A stretch of 32,000 nucleotides of DNA from Candidatus Nanopusillus acidilobi (GTDB taxonomy: Archaea > Nanobdellota > Nanobdellia > Nanobdellales > Nanobdellaceae), in assembly GCA_001552015.1 (NCBI GenBank), contig CP010514.1, positions 210,001 to 242,000 on the forward strand. Direction: 5' to 3'. Under the pieces are notes generated by a model. That model saw nothing but the letters and a program-made list of their open reading frames with translations. It ran no database searches and was not told the DNA's origin. Shown here one piece after another: positions 24,629 to 32,000 of this stretch (position 1 is its first letter; each line of letters opens with the position of its first letter). The translations under genes and the position numbers were made by a program.

Positions 24629-25465
24629 ATGGTAAAGCATCCAAAGAAATTACATTTCGGTCCTGCAGGAGTTCCTTTGTCTTCTAAAAAAAGGGATACA
24701 TTAAATGGAATTATATATACATATGAAGAATTAAATTTAGATGGATTTGAAATAGAGTTTACATATGGGGTAAAATTAAAAGAAGATGTTGCAAATAATA
24801 TAAATGAATATATAAAGGATAAAGAATTTATATTAACATCTCATGCCCCATATTATATTAATTTAAATTCTACAGAAGAATCAAAAATAAATAAATCAAT
24901 AGATATGCTATATAATGCTGCAAGATTATTATATTTATCTGGAGGATATTCTGTTGTTTTTCATCCAGGTTGGTATTTAAATAATTCAAAAGAGGAAACA
25001 TATAATGTAGTAAAGGAAAATCTAAAGAAATTAATGGATAAACTAAAAGATGAAGGTATTGATATTTATATAAGACCAGAAACAATGGAATTACCAAAAA
25101 AATTTGGGGATGTAGATGAAATAATAAAATTATCACAAGATATAGAAAATGTTTTACCTGCAGTAGATTTTGCCCATTTAAGGTATAGAAATAATAGAAA
25201 TGATGTGGATTATTTTATAGAAATATTGGATAAAATAGAAAATGAACTTGGAAGAGAGGCTTTAAATAATATGCATATTCATATGTCTGGAATAACTTTA
25301 GATAAGAAAGGTACACATTTAAATTTGGAAGAATCTGATATGCCTTGGAAAGATATATTAAAATTATTAAAAGAATATAAGGTTAAAGGTATTGTAATTT
25401 CAGAATCTCCAAATATTGAAGAGGATGCAATTAGAATGAGAGATTATTATAAAAAATTAAAGTAA
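24629..25465 (+). CDS. Endonuclease IV-like AP endonuclease / xylose-isomerase-like TIM-barrel protein
   Basis: Ordered metal-ligand-like motifs of the Nfo fold: SHAPYYINL, VVFHPGWY, IRPETM, VDFAHL, HIHMSG, ISESP. Confidence 0.65.
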   Translation: MVKHPKKLHFGPAGVPLSSKKRDTLNGIIYTYEELNLDGFEIEFTYGVKLKEDVANNINEYIKDKEFILTSHAPYYINLNSTEESKINKSIDMLYNAARLLYLSGGYSVVFHPGWYLNNSKEETYNVVKENLKKLMDKLKDEGIDIYIRPETMELPKKFGDVDEIIKLSQDIENVLPAVDFAHLRYRNNRNDVDYFIEILDKIENELGREALNNMHIHMSGITLDKKGTHLNLEESDMPWKDILKLLKEYKVKGIVISESPNIEEDAIRMRDYYKKLK

Positions 25466-26953
25466 ATTTCTTGCTAAATTAATAAATGCTGGTCTTGTTA
25501 TCAAATATCCTATCCAAACAGTAATTATTACCATAACTGCAAATCCTTTATATAATGATAAACCTGCTACAAATGCTGGGAATACTGATAAACTTTCTAA
25601 TATAATTGCTAATAATATTATAAACATAGCTTTTTTAATTGCTTTATCCAATCTTTCTGTTTCTTTTACTTCAACATTTTCTCCTTTCTTTGCTCTTAAT
25701 ATTTCTTCAGCAGCAACTAATTGATCATCAATACCTGTAGCAGTTCCAAATATAATACCAATGAATGCTGGAATATCATATGTCTGATGTATTGCAATAC
25801 CTATTGCAAATGCTATTAAAAATTCAGATGCCAGTGTTAATGTAACTAATGCGGGTACCTTTAAATTTCTATATGCTAAATATAATATTGCAAATATGCC
25901 AATCAATATTAATAATAATACTAATTCGAAAGATTTTAATATATAATATCCAAATATTGGTGGAATTACTGATTCTTGAACAATATTAAATTTTGAAGGT
26001 AGTTGTCCATTTTCTAATATTATATATAAATCATATGCTTGTCTATATGCATTATATTGTGCTTGTGCCATAGAATTTCCTGTTCCAGATACTTGAATAC
26101 TCACTTGTTGAGTATTTGAACCTTTTAGATCTGCTGCAATTAATAATGTTGATACATTTTGATTATCTAAATAGAATACTATTGGTTCATTTAAATATGC
26201 TCCTCCATTTTGTAATACTACAGATAGGTTTTGTGTAGCTTGTGCAAAACTATTAGCAGCTTGTGATGATAATAATAATGTGAAATAATATGTACATATG
26301 TATTGATTACCTGCTGGAGAACATCCTAATAAGCCAGAATATTGTCCTCCAAATAATGGTTTTATTTCTGAACCAGTAAATACTGTTGTATTACCAATTT
26401 TTGCATAAAATTCTCCTTGACTAATTATATATGGAATTAAATCTCCTTCAGAATATGGTAATTCAACAATTATATATCCTTCAGATGTTGGATATATATT
26501 TATTGATTTAACACCGAAAGAGTTTAATCTATTTTCGATTACTTGTGCTGCAATAGATATTTCTTGAGGATTTAATGGTTTTGAAGAATTTAATATTAAT
26601 AAATAACCTCCGGCAATATCTATTCCATAAGATATTAAAGAAGATTGTGTAATATTTGTTTCATTTATTAATGATTGATATTGGGATGGTTCTAAAACAA
26701 TATTTCCATTACTTGTACTTATTTGTAAAAATGGAGAATTAATATTATTATATATACATGTATAATAAGAATTTATTGAATTTACTTGGCAACCATTTAT
26801 TGAATATATGTATGTACCATTTGGTAAAATAACACTAGAAGTAACTTCTACTTTATTACTAGTTAATGCATATGCATCAAATACTAAAGCTGCAATAAAA
26901 ATTATAATAAATATTAAAACTCTCCAATTTTTTATTAAAGACTTAATGTCCAT
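25457..26953 (-). CDS. secD: Protein-export membrane protein SecD (archaeal type)
   Basis: N-terminal anchor KNWRVLIFIIIFIAALVF, a large charge-poor ectodomain containing GIDIAGGYLLIL, and a C-terminal 5-TM block with FGTATGIDDQLVAAEEIL. Confidence 0.6.
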   Translation of the reverse strand: MDIKSLIKNWRVLIFIIIFIAALVFDAYALTSNKVEVTSSVILPNGTYIYSINGCQVNSINSYYTCIYNNINSPFLQISTSNGNIVLEPSQYQSLINETNITQSSLISYGIDIAGGYLLILNSSKPLNPQEISIAAQVIENRLNSFGVKSINIYPTSEGYIIVELPYSEGDLIPYIISQGEFYAKIGNTTVFTGSEIKPLFGGQYSGLLGCSPAGNQYICTYYFTLLLSSQAANSFAQATQNLSVVLQNGGAYLNEPIVFYLDNQNVSTLLIAADLKGSNTQQVSIQVSGTGNSMAQAQYNAYRQAYDLYIILENGQLPSKFNIVQESVIPPIFGYYILKSFELVLLLILIGIFAILYLAYRNLKVPALVTLTLASEFLIAFAIGIAIHQTYDIPAFIGIIFGTATGIDDQLVAAEEILRAKKGENVEVKETERLDKAIKKAMFIILLAIILESLSVFPAFVAGLSLYKGFAVMVIITVWIGYLITRPAFINLARNLL

Positions 26954-26978
26954 ATTGATGTTTTTATGTAAAACATTT

Positions 26979-27560
26979 TTATGGTTTTCCTCTTGAATAT
27001 CCTTTTGTTATTCCCATTGCAATTAAGTGTGCAACTCTAATTGGTTCGGGAATTCTAGAATGTACTGATGTTAATTTAATTATATTTATTACATCATTAT
27101 ATTCTAATCCATAATATTGAAAATATAATGTTCCATATTCTGTTTTATAACTTTTTGGTTCTGGATATTTTTTAACTATTTCTAATCTTTTTTCATAATC
27201 TTTTGTATGTTTAATTGCTTCTATAAATTTATTTATATTTGGTTTTTTCCTTACAAACGATATTATTGGTATCTTTAATCCATTATATAAATATTCAAAA
27301 TCTATTAAATTAAATCCACCAAAAGATATTCCATTTGTTGCTATTATTCTTAATTGATCATAATGTTTTGTCCTTTTTACCATTTCAATTATTTTATCAT
27401 TTATATCAAATCCATCTATTTCAATTTTATTTGATAATATTCCATCTATTTGTAAAGATCCCCTCATTATAACTCCAACAATTATTGTATATTTATCCTT
27501 ATTTCTATCAAAATATCCATCGTCAATTCCTAATATTCTTATTTCTCTTTTGATATCCAT
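26979..27560 (-). CDS. UPF0215/DUF99 family protein (endonuclease V-like fold)
   Basis: ILGIDDGYFDRNKD..IVGVIMRGSLQIDGIL...IEIDGFD...LRIIATNGISFGGFNLIDF...IPIISFVRKKPN matches the conserved layout of archaeal DUF99 proteins. Confidence 0.65.
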   Translation of the reverse strand: MDIKREIRILGIDDGYFDRNKDKYTIIVGVIMRGSLQIDGILSNKIEIDGFDINDKIIEMVKRTKHYDQLRIIATNGISFGGFNLIDFEYLYNGLKIPIISFVRKKPNINKFIEAIKHTKDYEKRLEIVKKYPEPKSYKTEYGTLYFQYYGLEYNDVINIIKLTSVHSRIPEPIRVAHLIAMGITKGYSRGKP

Positions 27561-28120
27561 TTATTAAAATATTTTTCCCAATCTAATTTAAAAAATATTA
27601 TACTCAATAAAATAAATAATATTGAAGATATTATAGATAATTGTAATAAAGGTATTTTTGATATATAACTTATTTTATTTAAAATAAATATTTCAGCATA
27701 TAATTCTAAAAAGGATTTTAATGTTTTTCCTAGAATTGCTATTAAATAATATTTTAATATACTTATTTTTTCAATTCCAAATGATAAAAATAATAGATCA
27801 TCTAATGGTAAAAATGGTAATATAACTAAAAAGAAAAAAATCATGTAGAAGTTTTTACTATTTGATATTATTTTTATGAATAGTAAATTTTTATTATTCT
27901 TTAGTGGTTTTGATAGAAAAATACCAATAATATACATTACAAATTTTCCAGTAGATGCGCCTATACCTAAAATAATAGATACTAAAATTATATTATATAT
28001 ATTTATTCCAACAATTGATAATACTGGTATTGATAATAAAACAAAAGGGGCACCGAATAGAGGGAAAGAATTTAATAAAAATGATTCAAAAAATATGTAC
28101 AATATATAATATATATTCAT
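27539..28120 (-). CDS. Integral membrane protein, possibly DedA/VTT-like
   Basis: About 5-6 TM helices. LPFLPLDDLLFLSFGIEKIS...ILGKTL resembles the P-x-P-D...G motif of VTT/DedA domains (weak). It overlaps both neighbouring genes. Confidence 0.4.
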   Translation of the reverse strand: MNIYYILYIFFESFLLNSFPLFGAPFVLLSIPVLSIVGINIYNIILVSIILGIGASTGKFVMYIIGIFLSKPLKNNKNLLFIKIISNSKNFYMIFFFLVILPFLPLDDLLFLSFGIEKISILKYYLIAILGKTLKSFLELYAEIFILNKISYISKIPLLQLSIISSILFILLSIIFFKLDWEKYFNKWISKEK

Positions 28121-28560
28121 TCTTCAAATTCTAAAATATCTCCAACAGTTATATAATTTTTATTATCTTTATTATTTATTTTTTCAGTTAATACTTCCTT
28201 TTTAGTTATTTTTATTCCTAATATTTTTTCAATTTTCTTAGCTAAATTCATGTCAGGTATAATTTTTTTATTTTCTATTGATTTATATAGACTTTCTTTT
28301 ATTCCTAACAGTTTTGCCATATCTTCTTGCTTTAATTTATGTTCTTCTCTATATTTTATCAATATTTTATTATAATTTTCATCTATAACTTCTCCTACAA
28401 TCTCTTTTATCTCCAATTTATTTTCTTTTATTATATTTCCATTTTCATCAACAGGTTTTCCATATTTTAAGCAATCTGCGCATACATTTAATATTGTACC
28501 TTCTATATATACTTTATATAGTTTATCCGTACTTTTTCCACATAGTTCACATGTTTTCAT
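28117..28560 (-). CDS. mbf1: Archaeal multiprotein bridging factor 1 (aMBF1): zinc ribbon plus HTH
   Basis: N-terminal zinc ribbon CELCGK...CADC and C-terminal cro/C1-type HTH REEHKLKQEDMAKLLGIKESLYKSIENKKIIPDMNLAKKIEKILGIKI. Confidence 0.85.
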   Translation of the reverse strand: MKTCELCGKSTDKLYKVYIEGTILNVCADCLKYGKPVDENGNIIKENKLEIKEIVGEVIDENYNKILIKYREEHKLKQEDMAKLLGIKESLYKSIENKKIIPDMNLAKKIEKILGIKITKKEVLTEKINNKDNKNYITVGDILEFEE

Positions 28561-29180
28561 TTTATTATTTTTATTATTTCATCTTTATATTCTAATGCTA
28601 TTATAGCACCAATCATTACTCCAAAGGATATTGCTGCAGATAATAATAAATAATATAGAGCTTGAACTAATACTGTTGAATTTAGCCCTAAATATGATAA
28701 TGCAATAATTAAGAATAAATATAATATAGTTCCTTTTACAATTTTTGCAACATTATTCTTTATATTAAATAGATATGCAATAATATCTCCAATAATTATA
28801 CCAGCAACAATTATTATTATTGCAGTATAGATTAAATTTAAGATATAGAATAAATAATAATAGGAAGAAAAATCTACAACAATTCCCAATATTAGAAAAT
28901 ATAATATTATATAATATTTTATTAAACTTAAAATTAGATTTGATATATTTATTCCATAAAATAATTGTGGATTTTTCTTTTGAATTTCATTTAATTTTGT
29001 ATAATTAAATATAATTCTTAATATGAATACAATAACTTTTGCTATTATATATCCAATTGTAGCAAATATTATAAAAATTATAAAGTAAGCTGTATAATCT
29101 TGAATATTTGATAGATATCCTAAAATAGGTTCTCCTATTGATTGGTAAATCTTTAATAATAGTTGACCTATGAAATCCAT
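28557..29180 (-). CDS. Integral membrane protein with repeated conserved-TM-helix-like segments
   Basis: 4-5 TM helices. FATIGYIIAKVIVFILRIIFNY and IIIVAGIIIGDIIAYLFNI resemble the TM-helix repeat found at the N-termini of some mechanosensitive-channel-like proteins (weak). Confidence 0.4.
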   Translation of the reverse strand: MDFIGQLLLKIYQSIGEPILGYLSNIQDYTAYFIIFIIFATIGYIIAKVIVFILRIIFNYTKLNEIQKKNPQLFYGINISNLILSLIKYYIILYFLILGIVVDFSSYYYLFYILNLIYTAIIIIVAGIIIGDIIAYLFNIKNNVAKIVKGTILYLFLIIALSYLGLNSTVLVQALYYLLLSAAISFGVMIGAIIALEYKDEIIKIIK

Positions 29181-29231
29181 TAGATTTAATTTAAAAAAAC
29201 TTTTATAAAAGATAAATAATCATAAATTTTA

Positions 29232-29304
29232 GGGCCCGTGGCTCAGGGGCTAGAGCGTCCGGCTGATAACCGGGAGGTCGGGGGTTCGAATCCCCCCGGG
29301 CCCA
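29232..29304 (+). tRNA. tRNA-Ile (anticodon GAU), no encoded CCA
   Basis: Acceptor GGGCCCG/CGGGCCC with discriminator A. D arm GCTC-AGGGGCTA-GAGC. Anticodon arm TCCGG-CTGATAA-CCGGG gives anticodon GAT. T arm GGGGG-TTCGAAT-CCCCC. Confidence 0.93.
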
Positions 29305-29345
29305 TTTAATTAAATTCATTATTTGCTTTAAATTAGATATATATT

Positions 29346-31013
29346 TTATATTTCTTCTTTCTTTTGTATCTCATATAATTCTCTAATTTCTTGTATTGTA
29401 TTTACATCTTTTTCACTTTTATCCCATCTTATTCTATTAACTCTTGCAAATCTTAATGCAAAACCTGATTTATATTTTGGACTTTTTTGTATTTCATCAT
29501 ATATAACTTCTACAACAATCTTTGGCTTAAACCATACAATTCTTCCTTCTTCTTTTATTTTATATTTTAATAATTCCTTTGTTAATTGAACATATTCATT
29601 ATCAGATAATCCTTTGAATGTTTTTGTTACCATTAAATATTCTCCAGTATCTTTATCTAATGCAGCTAAATATAGATCTGAAATAAAATTTTTTCTTCTC
29701 CCATGTCCCCATTCTCCTCCAATTATTACTAAATCTAATGGTTCTAGATGTCCCTTTACTTTTAACCATGATTTATCTCTTTTTCCAGGAATGTATTTTG
29801 AATCTAATTTCTTTGCAACAAGACCTTCATTTTTCATATTAATAGATTCTTCAAAGAATTTCTTTGCTTCATCTTCTTTATTTGTAATTATCATTGGAGT
29901 TAAATCAATATTTCCTCTAATTTTTTCTAATATTTTTCTTCTATTTATATATTCCTCATTTATTAATAATTTTCCATCTAAATAAATTATATCAAATAAA
30001 AATAATTTAACAGGTATTTCTTTTATATATTTTGAAATTTCATATTCTCTCTTTATTCTTTTTGAAATTTCTTGAAATGGTAATGGTAGATTTTTATTAT
30101 AATCCCATGCAACAATCTCTCCTTCAACAACTACTTCATTATTTTTTATATTATTTAATATCAATTCTACTATATCTGGAAAAGATTTTGTTACATCCTT
30201 TAGTCTCCTAGTAAATATTTTTACCTCATTTCCTTTTTTATGTATTTGTGCCCTTATTCCATCAAACTTAAATTCAAATGCTGCAGGAGAAAAATTATTA
30301 AATACATCTTGGAAATTATTTGCCTTTTCTGCAAGCATTGGTTTAAATGGGTGAAATAATCTAATATTAACATTTTCAATATTTTTTGGATTATCAAATA
30401 AATATTCTGATAGAACTCCAATATCTCCAATTATTGCATGCGCAATTTTAATTTTTTCATCATCAATACTATATATATAGGATAAACAATCTTCAATTGT
30501 TCCTTCTAATACTCCATATCTCATATCTCCTTGTAAAATTCTTGTTAACAATTTTGCTTCTAAAGGTGATAAATTTTTATATATTCCTTCTAGATATAAT
30601 ATTCTTTTTTCTCTAGACCCTTCCCCTTCCAAATTTTCAATTTTCTTTAATTCATTATATATATCAATTATTGTATATTTTTTGGCAAACCATTTGTTTA
30701 ATTTTATATTTCCTTTTTCATAAATAATTTTAACAGCTTCTCCTAAGTCTCCGGATTTTTTATATAATAAACTTAATTCCTTAATATTTACTCCTAAATT
30801 TTTTAATACATTTACAATTGTACTTATAGATATATTTAATTTTCTTTCAATCCATTCTTCTTCAGTATTTCCCAAAATTAACCAAATAGTTATTTTTAAT
30901 TCATTTTTATCTAAAGACTTTATAAATCTAGATAAAACATCAATTTTCAAAGATTTTTCATTAATTTTCTCAACTTTTTCTAATACTTCTGCTAATTCGT
31001 AGAAATATTTCAT
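29346..31013 (-). CDS. lig: ATP-dependent DNA ligase
   Basis: Adenylation motif I FEFKFDGIRAQIH (KxDG), VVEGEIVA, LFLFDIIYLDG, EGLVAKKLDSKYIPGKR, SWLKVK, and OB-domain tail ALRFARVNRIRWDK. Confidence 0.93.
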   Translation of the reverse strand: MKYFYELAEVLEKVEKINEKSLKIDVLSRFIKSLDKNELKITIWLILGNTEEEWIERKLNISISTIVNVLKNLGVNIKELSLLYKKSGDLGEAVKIIYEKGNIKLNKWFAKKYTIIDIYNELKKIENLEGEGSREKRILYLEGIYKNLSPLEAKLLTRILQGDMRYGVLEGTIEDCLSYIYSIDDEKIKIAHAIIGDIGVLSEYLFDNPKNIENVNIRLFHPFKPMLAEKANNFQDVFNNFSPAAFEFKFDGIRAQIHKKGNEVKIFTRRLKDVTKSFPDIVELILNNIKNNEVVVEGEIVAWDYNKNLPLPFQEISKRIKREYEISKYIKEIPVKLFLFDIIYLDGKLLINEEYINRRKILEKIRGNIDLTPMIITNKEDEAKKFFEESINMKNEGLVAKKLDSKYIPGKRDKSWLKVKGHLEPLDLVIIGGEWGHGRRKNFISDLYLAALDKDTGEYLMVTKTFKGLSDNEYVQLTKELLKYKIKEEGRIVWFKPKIVVEVIYDEIQKSPKYKSGFALRFARVNRIRWDKSEKDVNTIQEIRELYEIQKKEEI

Positions 31014-31052
31014 TATATTTAATATAAAAATGTTTAATCTTATATATCAAAT
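31014..31052. promoter_or_regulatory. 39-bp divergent intergenic region between lig and the helicase gene
   Basis: The two start codons (31013 on the minus strand, 31053 on the plus strand) are 39 bp apart, and the space is entirely A/T-rich (tatatttaatataaaaatgtttaatcttatatatcaaat). Both promoters must lie here or inside the neighbouring gene. Confidence 0.25.
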
Positions 31053-32000
31053 ATGAATATTGATGATTTAAAAAATGTTTTTGAAAAAGAGTTTAAAGAT
31101 TATATAGTTGGAATTAAATTAATTAATAATAAAAGTGCTGAATTTGATAATTTTGAATTTTATAATAAAGAATTAAATGAATATTTAAATTCTAGAAACT
31201 TTAAATTATATAAACATCAAGCTGAGGCATTAAATTTATTATATAAAAATAAAAATCTAATTGTAACAACTCCAACAGCTTCTGGAAAATCTCATATATT
31301 TAGATTATATATTATTGATAATATATTAAAATATCCAAATAAAACATTTTTATTAATTTATCCATTGAGAGCATTATTATATGATCAGTATGAAAAATTT
31401 GAAGAATTAATAAAAGATTTTGAAAATTATACAAATAAAAAATTAAATATTAAGATGAAGTTTATTTTGGGAGATTTAACATATAGTGAAAAGGAAAAAA
31501 TAATAAGGGAAAGACCAAATTTAATATTAACTACAATTGATAATTTACATTTATATATATTAAAAAATCATGATAAATTATTTTATTTCTTTAGGAATTT
31601 AGATTTAATTGTTGTAGATGAATTACATTCATATAGAGGAGTATTTGGAACAAATGCTGCATATACATTTAGGAGATTAATTAGATTATTAAAATATTTC
31701 TATAAAAATAATAATTTCAAAATATTAACATTATCTGCAACATTAAGAAATCCTATAGAATTTGCAAAAAACATGTTTGATCTAGATTTTGAATTAATTG
31801 ATAAAGATTATAGTAATAAATATAGAAAATATATAATTTGTTTGGATCCAAAAAATTCAAGTTCAAGATTATTATTAAAAAGGTCAATAAGAATTTTATT
31901 AGAAAATAATATAAAGTCTTTAATATTTATTGAATCAAAGAAAGGTGTTGAATTATTAAGGTTAGAATCACAAGATTTAGATAAATATAATAAGATTTTT
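31053..32000 (+). CDS. DEAD/DEAH-box helicase (YprA/Hel112-like, COG1205-type), 3'-truncated by the window edge
   Basis: Not in the ORF track because no stop is reached. My translation from ATG 31053 stays open for 316 codons: MNIDDLKNVFEKEF...LYKHQAEALNLLYKNKNLIVTTPTASGKSHIF (Q motif and motif I), YPLRALLYDQ (Ia), LIVVDELHSYRG (II), ILTLSATLRNP (III). Confidence 0.8.
   Translation, partial: MNIDDLKNVFEKEFKDYIVGIKLINNKSAEFDNFEFYNKELNEYLNSRNFKLYKHQAEALNLLYKNKNLIVTTPTASGKSHIFRLYIIDNILKYPNKTFLLIYPLRALLYDQYEKFEELIKDFENYTNKKLNIKMKFILGDLTYSEKEKIIRERPNLILTTIDNLHLYILKNHDKLFYFFRNLDLIVVDELHSYRGVFGTNAAYTFRRLIRLLKYFYKNNNFKILTLSATLRNPIEFAKNMFDLDFELIDKDYSNKYRKYIICLDPKNSSSRLLLKRSIRILLENNIKSLIFIESKKGVELLRLESQDLDKYNKIF

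Noticed and set aside
26958-26976. 7-bp inverted repeat (atgtttt-tatgt-aaaacat) between DUF99 and secD.
   Set aside because: The stem has a single G-C pair and would be unstable in a thermophile. Such short A/T palindromes are expected by chance in this composition.
1-32000. CRISPR arrays, cas genes, restriction-modification systems, toxin-antitoxin pairs or other recognisable defence systems.
   Set aside because: There are no regularly spaced repeats and no matching protein motifs. The only exact repeat noticed is the 31-nt in-frame duplication inside rad50.

Overview
Very AT-rich (by eye about three quarters A+T), very gene-dense archaeal chromosome segment. I call about 33 protein genes and 2 tRNAs. 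I see no rRNA, CRISPR array, transposase or integrase. Most genes are archaeal housekeeping or information-processing genes: thermosome, uS13, uS4, Cbf5, RNase HII, class II LysRS, TrmI, aMBF1 and SecD. Genome-maintenance genes are unusually frequent: RPA-like OB-fold protein, Mre11, Rad50, KaiC/RadA-like ATPase, HerA-like ATPase, MazG-like protein, endonuclease IV-like protein, DUF99 (EndoV-like), ATP-dependent DNA ligase and a DEAD/DEAH helicase. Canonical archaeal operons are broken: S13-S4 lacks S11/RpoD, mre11-rad50 lacks herA/nurA, and SecD lacks SecF. Many neighbouring genes overlap by 1-23 nt. The two tRNAs are GC-rich in an AT-rich background. Together these points suggest a small-genome, thermophilic, possibly host-associated archaeon of DPANN/Nanoarchaeota type; this is inference and was not checked by any search. 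The best candidate for an undescribed system is the module at 1400-6065. It holds a FlaI/PilB-type secretion ATPase, a coiled-coil protein, two translationally coupled pilin/FlaG-FlaF-like exported proteins and a separate small 4-Cys pilin-like gene, but no adjacent FlaJ/TadC platform gene. Secondary candidates are an unknown 154-aa gene coupled to mre11-rad50, a HerA-like ATPase with an overlapping 102-aa partner and no NurA, a membrane-anchored HExxH protein, and an aMBF1 gene inside an overlapping operon of membrane proteins.
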